A stretch of DNA of 64,000 bases, from the IMG/VR virus record IMGVR_UViG_3300021387_000796, positions 96,001-160,000 of that record; one strand, 5' to 3'. The notes under the pieces are model-generated. The model was not told the DNA's origin, did no database searches, and saw only the letters and a list, made by a program, of their open reading frames with translations. The DNA is from a virus. Its lineage: Duplodnaviria > Caudoviricetes. Position 1 is the first letter of the stretch. Each line of letters starts with the position of its first letter. Positions 1 through 9,360 of this stretch are shown piece by piece. Position numbers and translations under genes: made by a program.

Positions 1-46
1 ATGACTGATAACAAAGCAAAATATCACATTGAAATCGGAGAATAAA

Positions 47-502
47 ATGACAACATCGAAACATATTACCCCTTATGAAGATTTGGCTATAGAAAATGCT
101 AATAGAAACACTTTGAAACAATTGGCTTGTGCAATTCTATTATCTGCGGTGGAAGATGCGGATGTGGAATTTTTGACAGATGATTACGAAGAGTGGAAAT
201 ACTACAGAGAAAAAAGAAAAAAGAAGAGTGATTTTTTTACTGAAATCGATTATCAAATTGGTTTTAAGAAAAAACAAGAATATAAAGAAGTTTTGTTTGA
301 TATTTGTGAAATCACGGTACGTTCCTCTGATATTCCTAGCAATGTTCTTGAAGAAAGAAGGATGTATGAAAGAAACAAAATGAAAAATCTTATGAAACTC
401 ACTGGTTTTAAGAAAGAAACATTAATGAATATAGCAAAATTACATGGTTGGAAAATCGGCATTGATTATACAGAACCAAGTATGTTTGATGATAATTTTT
501 AA
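47..502 (+). CDS. hypothetical phage protein
   Basis: ORF with GGAG RBS before ATG47. Confidence 0.6.
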   Translation: MTTSKHITPYEDLAIENANRNTLKQLACAILLSAVEDADVEFLTDDYEEWKYYREKRKKKSDFFTEIDYQIGFKKKQEYKEVLFDICEITVRSSDIPSNVLEERRMYERNKMKNLMKLTGFKKETLMNIAKLHGWKIGIDYTEPSMFDDNF

Positions 503-514
503 TGGAGAATAAGA

Positions 515-1237
515 ATGATTAAGATACTAGAAAAGCGTACAGAAAAAGACCCTCTTAATCACATTGGTGAAAATGCAGGTATCTGTTGGGGAGCAGATAT
601 TTCCAATGAAGAGAAAAACATCAAACGTGGAAAATCTTGTATGAAAAGTGGTCACATGCGATGTGCTGAATATCCTACTGTAGAAATGATTTTGGATGAA
701 TTTTCAGCGAGGGTAATTCGAGAAACATATACTCATATTATTGGTGTAACTAGACTTCAAGAATCGACAAGATATGTGAATTGTGCTGATTTTGGTTATT
801 ATACACCAAATGGAATCACAGAAGGGCAGAAAGAAGTGTATGATGATATTATGAAAGAAATCATGAAATCTTATGAAACTCTTTTGGATTTGGGAATGAG
901 TAAAGAAGATACTGCTAATATTCTTCCACTTGGAATGAATACAAAAATTGTATGGAAGATTAATCTACGTGCTTTGATTCATTTTATGAATATGCGAATG
1001 TGTAATCGAGCATATAAGGAAATCAGACAACTTTGTAAGGAAATTAAAGATTTACTTTCAAATTATTCTGATGAATGGAAATGGATTTCAGACAATTATT
1101 TTGTTCCGAATTGTAAAATGATTGGTTATTGTATGGAAGAAAAATGTTGTGGTCTTATGCCAAAAGGTTTGGATGGTTTGAAAGAAAAGATTATCAAAGA
1201 ATATCTTGATTCTCAAGATAATGATAATTTGAAATAA
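515..1237 (+). CDS. thyX: FAD-dependent thymidylate synthase ThyX
   Basis: SGH..EY, QESTRY, ILP, NLRALIHF..MR...RA..EIR motifs; the RHR signature is varied (ETYTH). Confidence 0.9.
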   Translation: MIKILEKRTEKDPLNHIGENAGICWGADISNEEKNIKRGKSCMKSGHMRCAEYPTVEMILDEFSARVIRETYTHIIGVTRLQESTRYVNCADFGYYTPNGITEGQKEVYDDIMKEIMKSYETLLDLGMSKEDTANILPLGMNTKIVWKINLRALIHFMNMRMCNRAYKEIRQLCKEIKDLLSNYSDEWKWISDNYFVPNCKMIGYCMEEKCCGLMPKGLDGLKEKIIKEYLDSQDNDNLK

Positions 1238-1291
1238 AATTTCTTGCAAATTAAATAAAAAATTGATATGATATATTCAAGGAGAAAAATA

Positions 1292-1957
1292 TTGAAAAAA
1301 TACGAAGATGTGTACAATGAAGGTTTTATTAAAAATAATATTCTTCAAGTTCGAGAGAATAATAACAGAAAAGAAGTTGATTTTTATTTAATCAATGTAA
1401 TCGAAGATATAGAAGATTATATTGATTTTTTACGAGAAGTCGATTCATGTCGAGACGGTGATTTAATTACAATTCATGTTAATTGTTATGGTGGTAATTG
1501 CGATGTGGCTATGAACATATATGATTGTTTGAAATTGTCACCTGCGGAAGTGATGATTTCAATTGAGGGTGCTTGTTGTTCATGTGCATCGATGATTATG
1601 CTTGCTGGTAATTATTGGAAAGTTTACCCTCATTCTTATGTTATGATTCATGCTTGGTCCGAAGGTATCTATGGAAAATGGCACGAAATCATTTCCAAAT
1701 TTAATTACGATAAAAGTATATTTGAAAAACAATTTAAAGAACTTTACAAAAACTTTTTGAATGATTATGAAATAGAAGATTGTATTAAAGGAAAAGATTT
1801 TTATTTTGATTCTTCTGAAACAATAAAAAGATTGAATGTTTATCAAGAAGAAGATGTTAAATGTGATGAGGCTATTAAAAAAATCACTGATAAATATTCT
1901 TCTCTTGCAGAAAAAGAAGTAAATCAATACTTAAAAAAAGTATCTAAGAAAAAATAA
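1292..1957 (+). CDS. clpP: ClpP-like serine protease
   Basis: HVNCYGG...IYD, GACCSCASMIMLAG (catalytic Ser), VMIH (catalytic His); TTG start after AAGGAG. Confidence 0.8.
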   Translation: MKKYEDVYNEGFIKNNILQVRENNNRKEVDFYLINVIEDIEDYIDFLREVDSCRDGDLITIHVNCYGGNCDVAMNIYDCLKLSPAEVMISIEGACCSCASMIMLAGNYWKVYPHSYVMIHAWSEGIYGKWHEIISKFNYDKSIFEKQFKELYKNFLNDYEIEDCIKGKDFYFDSSETIKRLNVYQEEDVKCDEAIKKITDKYSSLAEKEVNQYLKKVSKKK

Positions 1958-1992
1958 AACTTTTCAAACATCATTATAATAGGAGAAAACTA

Positions 1993-3458
1993 ATGAAAAT
2001 GACAATTACAAAACTTAATGATTGGGTTAGAAAACTTGCTGAAACTAAACCATACCGCATTATGGTAAAGAATGGTGCAGGATTTTATGAAGTTCTTTTC
2101 TTGTATGGTGATTATCATTACAACGATAGACTGTATATGCAAGATATGGACGATGAATTGAATTGTCAGAAGAAAGTTTTGGCAATGTGTTCTACATTTG
2201 AACATAATTTCAAATTGAGGACTTTTTAATCTATGGAAAGAAAGATAGAATATTATGAAGAAGAAGGAATTGCTGATTATGTAGAACATCTTTCAAATTC
2301 ATCTATGGAAGAATGTATTGAATCTTGGCGAGATAATTTGGATGAAAAAATCGATTATCCTTGTGAAATTGTAGTGTATGGCTATGCTGAAAAGAACAAA
2401 GATACTTTTATTCCTAATGGCAAAGAAATTTTAGATGATGTTTTTGACGACTTGTATGATGACGGATATATCGATGATTACGGAAATTACGATGAAGATT
2501 TAATAAAATGTTCAAATTTACTTTCCGAATCGATTAAAGAAAATGTTCCGCCTTATTATGAAGCAGTTAAAAAATACACTGTGAAAGTGAATGAAGATTC
2601 ATTTGAAATTATTAAAGAAGGAGATTTTGAATAATGAAAAACAACTTCACATTTAACGCATCTATTAAAATAAAAGATTTAGATAAAATGGAAAAGGTTT
2701 TAAATTTGCTGACACAAGAAGGAGTTAAAAACAAGGATTCTGAAATTTGTGTTGCGTTTAAAAATTTGTTAAATCATTTTGACGATATACCTAAAATAAA
2801 AATGTATGACTTGGTTGATGCGTTTGCCGATTTTTATGAAGAGTTTCTTTATCCTTATTGTAAAGAAACGATTGGTTGTAAAAGATTTGAAGAATTTGAT
2901 TTCGAACAAGTACAATATGTTATGGACAAAATGAAAGAAATAATTTATACTCTCAGTGGACAGTATGGATTATAAAAATAATAAGGAGTTTATATGAAAA
3001 AAGAAATGTTTAACCTTTGGTACAATGAATATGGTAGAGGACTTGCAATTGATGCCCTTCCTATCGATGATGTGGATGAAAAAGAAATTCGAAGAAAAGC
3101 AAAAGAAATTTTTTCATACACATATGATATTTTTTCAGAATTTATGTGTGATAGACTTGCTCCGTTATATGACCATATCGTTTGTCAAAACGATGTGATA
3201 AATGAAATGCATAAAGAAATCTGTATGAGAAAAAAGGATGCAGAAACAATTCGTGACGAAATAACACCTCATATGACAAAATTGTATGATTCGTATTATA
3301 AAGAAAAATCCATCGATAAAGAACAATTTCACTCACTTAAAAAGTATTTTGGTGAAATTCTTTCCGATGCTAAAGAAAAGATTAATGCTTGTGATGTAAC
3401 GCTTTCTATTTTGAAACGTGAAAAGAAGTATGTTGAAAGTCTTTTGGTAACAGAATAA
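1993..3458 (+). CDS. four small hypothetical proteins (1993-2229, 2233-2634, 2634-2975, 2994-3458)
   Basis: tightly packed ORFs, several with AGGAG RBS. Confidence 0.65.
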
Positions 3459-3530
3459 AAAAATAATTGTGTTGAAACTTGATAAGATTGTCGATAATAA
3501 ATTATAGACAATTTTATCAAGGAGTATTAT

Positions 3531-3737
3531 ATGAAGAAATTATTTGTAATCTTAGGTTTATTTGTTTGTAGTGTTTCTGCCTTTGCTATGGATTGGTCAG
3601 AGTATGAAATGATGTGTTTCATAAACAATAAAGAACCTAATTACGAAGAATGGGAATATCTTTGTACGGAAGGTGCAACGGATTATGGATATGATGGGTT
3701 TGATTTAGAAAATTTTCTAATCGAAAATGAAAAATAA
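3531..3737 (+). CDS. small secreted/membrane protein
   Basis: signal peptide MKKLFVILGLFVCSVSAFA followed by an acidic mature part. Confidence 0.6.
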   Translation: MKKLFVILGLFVCSVSAFAMDWSEYEMMCFINNKEPNYEEWEYLCTEGATDYGYDGFDLENFLIENEK

Positions 3738-3749
3738 AAGGATTGTTTT

Positions 3750-3995
3750 ATGAAAAATTTAATAATCGATGGTTGGAATTTATTTAGTTATGATGGTATT
3801 CCTAATGATACGGAAGATAAAAAAACCGTAGCGGTTAAACAACTTGGTAATAACTGTGCAGAAATCATGTTGGATGTAAAAACTATGAGTTTTGAATTTG
3901 TAAAAAACGGAAATAATTTTTCACCAATAAGATGTAATAGATTTTCAACTTGTCTTAAAATGGCTGACGAATGGTTTAGAATTTTGGAGGAATAA
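3750..3995 (+). CDS. hypothetical protein
   Basis: ORF with AAGGA RBS. Confidence 0.6.
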   Translation: MKNLIIDGWNLFSYDGIPNDTEDKKTVAVKQLGNNCAEIMLDVKTMSFEFVKNGNNFSPIRCNRFSTCLKMADEWFRILEE

Positions 3996-3996
3996 C

Positions 3997-4236
3997 GTGG
4001 GTGAAAATAAAAGTGGTAGTGGTGGAAGTTTTTTAGCAAGTTTGATTTTCGTAGTTTTTCTTGTAATGAAACTTACTGAAAAATGTGCTTTTTGGGGTGA
4101 TAATTTTCCTAGATTCTTGAAAAGTACAGAAGCGTGGTGGGATGGATGGTTTATGGTGTTTTTGCCATTATGGATTGGTTTACCAACGGTGTTGATTATT
4201 TTGTTGATTGGACTTATATTTATTAGGAATAAATAA
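3997..4236 (+). CDS. two-TM phage membrane protein
   Basis: FVVFLVMKL...W..WFMVFLPLW pattern; GGAGG RBS and GTG start. Confidence 0.65.
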   Translation: MGENKSGSGGSFLASLIFVVFLVMKLTEKCAFWGDNFPRFLKSTEAWWDGWFMVFLPLWIGLPTVLIILLIGLIFIRNK

Positions 4237-4284
4237 AAATAATTCCATTACTGTAGTCTTGTAACTACAAAGGAGGGTAACACT

Positions 4285-4938
4285 ATCTCAAAATGGACAA
4301 GTAAATGTGATTTCTGCGATGATTGTGAAATGATACACAATCCACAAGAAATCATTGAAAAATCAAAAATTTATTTGGGTGACGCAAGAGTAATGATAAA
4401 GGAAGAAAAAGATTTGATTCCTTATTATACTCATTTAGTTGCATCAGCATGTTACAACAAAGAAAGTGGTAACGTAATTCATCTATCAAGAGATTCTTTC
4501 ATTAATTCAGAAGAAAGAGAATTTCTTGCTTGGAAAATTCGTGATGTAATTGGTGCATTCAGAAAAGCAAAGAAAGAGAATGTTGAAGTTACGCTAGATT
4601 ATCTTAAATCAAAAAAGTATTATTTAGATAATACCGAGAAATTTATTTGGTTAGCATTGATTGATAAAATAAAACATAACACTGATTTGATTAAAGTTCA
4701 TCTTCCTAAAGATTATAGAGAATGTTCTTATTTTATCAGTGAATGGCTGATACCAAATTACTTTAATGATATTCATGATTCTATACACAATCGACAAAGA
4801 GAAGAGTTTATAAAGTTTGCTCAAGAAAACGGATACAGAAATTTTGAAGATGGGATTTATCATCCTATTATTTGGAAAATGTGTGCTGATATAAATGAAT
4901 ATTATAAAATGAAAGAAAAATATGGAGGTAATGTATGA
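4285..4938 (+). CDS. hypothetical protein, probable ATC start
   Basis: AAGGAGG lies 8 nt before an in-frame ATC, giving (M)SKWTSKCDFCD; the first ATG (4330) has no RBS. Confidence 0.6.
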   Translation: MSKWTSKCDFCDDCEMIHNPQEIIEKSKIYLGDARVMIKEEKDLIPYYTHLVASACYNKESGNVIHLSRDSFINSEEREFLAWKIRDVIGAFRKAKKENVEVTLDYLKSKKYYLDNTEKFIWLALIDKIKHNTDLIKVHLPKDYRECSYFISEWLIPNYFNDIHDSIHNRQREEFIKFAQENGYRNFEDGIYHPIIWKMCADINEYYKMKEKYGGNV

Positions 4939-5513
4939 TTTATCCAAACGGTACTATTGAATTGAATAAACTAAAAAGAATGGTCAATTCTAAAGATTTT
5001 ATTGTATATTATGAAGAAAACACAAAAGAACCTACTAATTGGGATTGGAGAAAAGATGGTATTTTTCATGGAAACAAATATCCTATTCATAATGAAGAAG
5101 AACTAATTTCTTGCATTAGCAAAGAATTAAAAAATGAAGGAACAATTTGCTATGATGTTACAGAAGAATACTACAGAAAACATCCTTGTGAGGGTGAAGA
5201 AGTAATCTATGTTAAACCTAAGTTCTTTTGGGAGTGGCAGTCGCACAATACAAAGAAATGTTATTCCATTGAAGAATCATCTTATCTTGGTGAAAAACCG
5301 AAGAATGTTCCTTTATCGCTGAACTTGTTTGATGATAATTTTGAAGGAACTTGTTTTGTAATTGGAACGTGGGAAAGAGATAATGAAGGTTACGAATTCC
5401 GTTCTGTTGGCTCAAGAATGTTCGATTATGTTGATGATGAAGATTTGAGTGAAATTTGGAAGGCGATTAAAAACGCTGACAAATATTTGAACGATAGATT
5501 TCTGACAGAATAA
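4935..5513 (+). CDS. hypothetical protein
   Basis: GGAGG RBS; overlaps the upstream stop. Confidence 0.65.
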   Translation: MIYPNGTIELNKLKRMVNSKDFIVYYEENTKEPTNWDWRKDGIFHGNKYPIHNEEELISCISKELKNEGTICYDVTEEYYRKHPCEGEEVIYVKPKFFWEWQSHNTKKCYSIEESSYLGEKPKNVPLSLNLFDDNFEGTCFVIGTWERDNEGYEFRSVGSRMFDYVDDEDLSEIWKAIKNADKYLNDRFLTE

Positions 5514-5723
5514 ATTATTTTTTAATATTAAGAGTAAATAATTTATCGTTTAGGTCTTTTATATCTAAGTCGTGTTTATCCAAGCGATGAGTATTTGAAT
5601 CAACTTTGGATGTAATACGACCTATTTTGTAGAGAATTACTGCTAATGATATGATTGTACCAATTAAAGTACAAGTTTCAACTATATTCATACTATAAAT
5701 AGTAGATAAAATATGGAGGAAAA

Positions 5724-6341
5724 ATGAGTAAAGAATTATGGTTAAAAAGAATTCGCAATTATGCTGGTTTTCTTGGTATGGTTTTACCTTGGATATCGCT
5801 CATAGGAGCATTGTTATTTAAAGGAACACAACCTTCGTGGAGTGATTTTTCAATTAGTGCGACATATTATGTAACACCTGCGCTAACGGCGATTTTAACA
5901 TCTGCTTCTATTGTTCTGATGTGTTATGATGGATACGATAAGTGGGATTCTTTTGTAACAACAATTAGTGGTGTGTTCGGTTTATGTATCGTTTTGTTTC
6001 CTTGTAAATGTAATGTGAGTTCTGATTATGTTGGTTTTTTCCAATTACCGATTAAGGTATCTAGTATCTTACATTGTACATCAGCGACAATATTTTTTAT
6101 TTTGTTAGCCTATAATGATATTTTTTTATTTACAAAGCATGAAGAATCTATGACAAGTAAAAAGAAAATTAGAAACATAGTTTATATTGTTTGTGGAATA
6201 GGAATGTTGTCAGCAATGATTCTTATGCCTTTGCCGATTCATTTTGATGCAAAGACTTGGTGGATAGAAATGATAGCATTGACATTCTTTGGGATTTCGT
6301 GGTTGACCAAAGGTGGAGCATTTAAATTTTTGAATGATTAA
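5724..6341 (+). CDS. multi-pass membrane protein (DUF998-like)
   Basis: about 6 hydrophobic segments; SISATYY and LH..SA motifs. Confidence 0.6.
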   Translation: MSKELWLKRIRNYAGFLGMVLPWISLIGALLFKGTQPSWSDFSISATYYVTPALTAILTSASIVLMCYDGYDKWDSFVTTISGVFGLCIVLFPCKCNVSSDYVGFFQLPIKVSSILHCTSATIFFILLAYNDIFLFTKHEESMTSKKKIRNIVYIVCGIGMLSAMILMPLPIHFDAKTWWIEMIALTFFGISWLTKGGAFKFLND

Positions 6342-6384
6342 AATTTAATAACAGAAACTATTTTTAGTATAATCGAGCGTAAAC

Positions 6385-6415
6385 ATTCCACCCCTTTAGG
6401 GTGGCGGTAGTTCAC
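6385..6415 (+). mobile_element. IS200/IS605-like end remnant
   Basis: CCACCCC-TTT-AGGGTGG hairpin followed by GGTAGTTCAC; no transposase nearby. Confidence 0.5.
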
Positions 6416-6541
6416 TTTCTGTTTTTTAATAAAAAAAATAATAAAGTAATTTAATTATTTTCCGATAATATAAATAACTTACATAAAAAGTCACCAAAAC
6501 TATACACTTTTGGTGACAAAATTTTTCTAGGAGGAAAAATT

Positions 6542-6739
6542 ATGAAAAAATTTATCAAATCTATTCTTTTATTTGTTGGCGCAACATTTGTATCACTTTT
6601 ATTTATGAACTTGTTTCTTAATGCATGGGATAACACAATGACTGATGAAGAAATTGTGTACTACTTGGAACAGTATCCTACAGAAGAAAAGTTGATGAAA
6701 TTGGCTGAAAAAAGAAACTTGATTGAAAAGGCTGAATAA
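6542..6739 (+). CDS. small membrane protein
   Basis: N-terminal TM segment; AGGAGG RBS. Confidence 0.6.
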   Translation: MKKFIKSILLFVGATFVSLLFMNLFLNAWDNTMTDEEIVYYLEQYPTEEKLMKLAEKRNLIEKAE

Positions 6740-6954
6740 AATCATTTCGGCAAAAAAAATGACTTTAATAAAAGGGAAGTATCAATCTTCCCTTTTATTA
6801 TATACTACACTTTGGCAAAATACTGAAAAATTGCCAAAATGTATGATAATTTTTATTGACAAAGATTTATCTTTTATATATTATTAAAAAATAATATTGA
6901 AAATAATTAACTATTTTTCATAGAAATATAACACCTTGATAGGAGAAAAATAAT

Positions 6955-7293
6955 ATGGCAAAAAATACAGTTGAAATTGATGAAGACCTTTTCATAGATT
7001 TAATTTATGAAAGAATCGATGAAGTAAAACATAATTGGGGCGATTATGGTGAAGAATTTTGGACAGATTGTATAGATTATCTTTCTGAAATCGGTTGGTT
7101 GAAACCTAATTACAATGACCCTAAATATATTGTTGATAATATTCTGATAAACGGTGAAATTTGTGCAGTAGAAGATTGTGCAGATAATTATGATGAAATC
7201 AATAAAGATTATGACGGTGATGTTGATGAATGGGCACAAGATAACGACTATTCTATATTCGGCGGTTACGTTGTAATTAACCTTGGACTTTAA
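6955..7293 (+). CDS. highly acidic protein (AACTAT class)
   Basis: D/E-rich; TAACTAT at 6908-6914; AGGAG RBS. Confidence 0.7.
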   Translation: MAKNTVEIDEDLFIDLIYERIDEVKHNWGDYGEEFWTDCIDYLSEIGWLKPNYNDPKYIVDNILINGEICAVEDCADNYDEINKDYDGDVDEWAQDNDYSIFGGYVVINLGL

Positions 7294-7314
7294 TTTTTTT
7301 GGAGTTAAATTGTC

Positions 7315-8301
7315 ATGGCAAAAATAGCAATAATTTTCAATACTTCACAGAATAAAAACACATATCGTTATGAAATAGACCAACTTAAAGTTGTAGATTG
7401 GAATGATGTGTTGGGTTGTTGTTTGTGGAATAGCAAATTGAAAGACCAAGATATGAGTTTTTATGTAGGAATGCCTGCTTATGAAGTTTACGAGGATATC
7501 AAAAAATATGCTGAAAAAGAATTATGGTCTGATGTTTGGAAAATCGGTAAACCTTTTTCCGCAAAAGTTGTAAAGGCTTCAACAATCGAAGAATATGCTG
7601 AATGTGCAATTAAATCTTATATGCATACTCTTAATTATAACAATCTTTGTTGTGTAATTGCCAATGGAAAAGCAAAAGATATAATGCAGAGAATTTCCAA
7701 TTTAATTAATGACAAGGATAACTTTGATAGCGGTTATAATATAAGAAGAATTTGTATGTTTGGAAATAATGATAAAACAATCAGATATACAGATTCAAGA
7801 GAAAAATTAACATTCATTCCTTGTAACGATTCTTATGCTTATTATAATATGGAAGATTATTATGATAAACTTGGTTTTGAAGTATGGGATGATTATAAAT
7901 TATATGAAGGTAAAAAGGAGAATAAAACTATGAAAAAGAACAGAATGACAGAAAGATTTGACGCACCAAAAGATTGGGATTTTGAAGATATGCTAGATGA
8001 TTATGGAATGGAATATCTTCAAGAAAATGATTCGGACAATGAACCTATCGATATGGATAGTTTCGATGAATTTTTAGATAGTCCTTGGGAAGCAGTAAGA
8101 AGTGCTTTTTATGGAGGAAGATTTGGGTTTGATAGAGATTCTTTTAATCCAACAGACCCATATTTTAGATTCAATGGTTATGGTAATGTTGAAAGTATTC
8201 CATATCTAGATGATTATCTTAAAGATATGATTGATGAAGAATCATTTTATGATTGGTGTGTGGAACAAGGTTATTTTGAATCTGATGAAGATAACGAATA
8301 A
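7315..8301 (+). CDS. two-part protein with acidic C-terminal domain and internal in-frame start at 7930
   Basis: internal AAGGAG plus ATG (MKKNRMTE); D/E-rich C-terminal domain. Confidence 0.7.
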   Translation: MAKIAIIFNTSQNKNTYRYEIDQLKVVDWNDVLGCCLWNSKLKDQDMSFYVGMPAYEVYEDIKKYAEKELWSDVWKIGKPFSAKVVKASTIEEYAECAIKSYMHTLNYNNLCCVIANGKAKDIMQRISNLINDKDNFDSGYNIRRICMFGNNDKTIRYTDSREKLTFIPCNDSYAYYNMEDYYDKLGFEVWDDYKLYEGKKENKTMKKNRMTERFDAPKDWDFEDMLDDYGMEYLQENDSDNEPIDMDSFDEFLDSPWEAVRSAFYGGRFGFDRDSFNPTDPYFRFNGYGNVESIPYLDDYLKDMIDEESFYDWCVEQGYFESDEDNE

Positions 8302-8339
8302 TAAAATTATCTGATGTACTAGAGTACAAACAGTTTCTG

Positions 8340-8380
8340 AGAGCGGAAAGTTGAAATATTACTTCCGCTCTTTGTTTTTT
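8340..8380 (+). terminator. intrinsic terminator
   Basis: AGAGCGGAA/TTCCGCTCT stem followed by a T-rich run. Confidence 0.75.
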
Positions 8381-8455
8381 ATAACGTTTATATTCCTAGA
8401 CATTTTGAATAATTTTGTCTAAAAATATAAACATTATAATTTTTAATAATTTTCG

Positions 8456-8484
8456 TTGACAAATGAAATAGGAATGTGTATAAT
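8456..8484 (+). promoter_or_regulatory. sigma70-like early promoter
   Basis: exact TTGACA-N17-TATAAT. Confidence 0.85.
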
Positions 8485-8514
8485 ATAGAAAATAAAATAG
8501 AAGGGGGTAATGTA

Positions 8515-9092
8515 TTGGAAAACATAATTCCTAATCCATCAGTAGATTGTTATAGTCTGCATCAAGAAATGGTTAATCATTCTTTGCAAGGAGAAATTCT
8601 GAATGTAAAGATTGAAAACGATAAACTGAAAAATGAAAATAATGAATTAAAACATTTTATAAGAGATTTAATCTATGAAAATCATAACACCTGTTTTCAT
8701 TTTTGTAATACAATTTTCTTGTTTAATTCTGATTATATAAAAAGAGCAGAAGAACTTATAGGAGAAAAATTATGACAAGAGAAGAAAGAGCAAACGACTA
8801 CGCTGAACATAATATTGGTAAATATACAAACGACTATGCAAATATCTATAATGCTTATTTGAAAGGGGCAGATGAAGAAACAAAAGAACTGAAAAATGAA
8901 AATGATGAATTAAAGGCTCAACTTGAAAGAGCAAAAGTTTATCTAAAGGCTACTTCTGATTTGTTACAGAAACAGAACGAAAGTCATTATGTACTCAATC
9001 TTCTTGAAACAACTGTATTTTATGATGAAGCAGATTGCGATGGATATTGTTTGAAAGACGAAATAGATACTCTTCTTGAAATGGGGGTTTAA
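8515..9092 (+). CDS. two small coiled-coil module proteins (8515-8775, 8772-9092)
   Basis: both share LKNEN.ELK and the underlying DNA repeat. Confidence 0.65.
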
Positions 9093-9095
9093 CAT

Positions 9096-9322
9096 ATGAA
9101 TTATTTTTTCGGCAGAAAAGAACTGCAATTTGGTTAGATAAAACAGAATTCTTTAATATCAGTCAGACCACAGAAAAAGACTTGGAGTATTATTTGAATG
9201 ACAGAAGAGAAAGGGAAAATTATCTTGATATGCTTCCAAAAATAAAACTTGCCTATAAATATTTTAAGACCAAGGCTTATGAAAGGGAAGATTATTTTAG
9301 GGAACATTTCATGGATAATTAA
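9096..9322 (+). pseudogene. ORF requiring a -1 shift at T TTT TTC
   Basis: the ATG9096 frame stops after 13 codons; the -1 frame stays open for about 70 codons with no start of its own. Confidence 0.5.
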
Positions 9323-9360
9323 TTAAAACGGTGATTTATTATTTTTTTAGGAGGAAGAAA

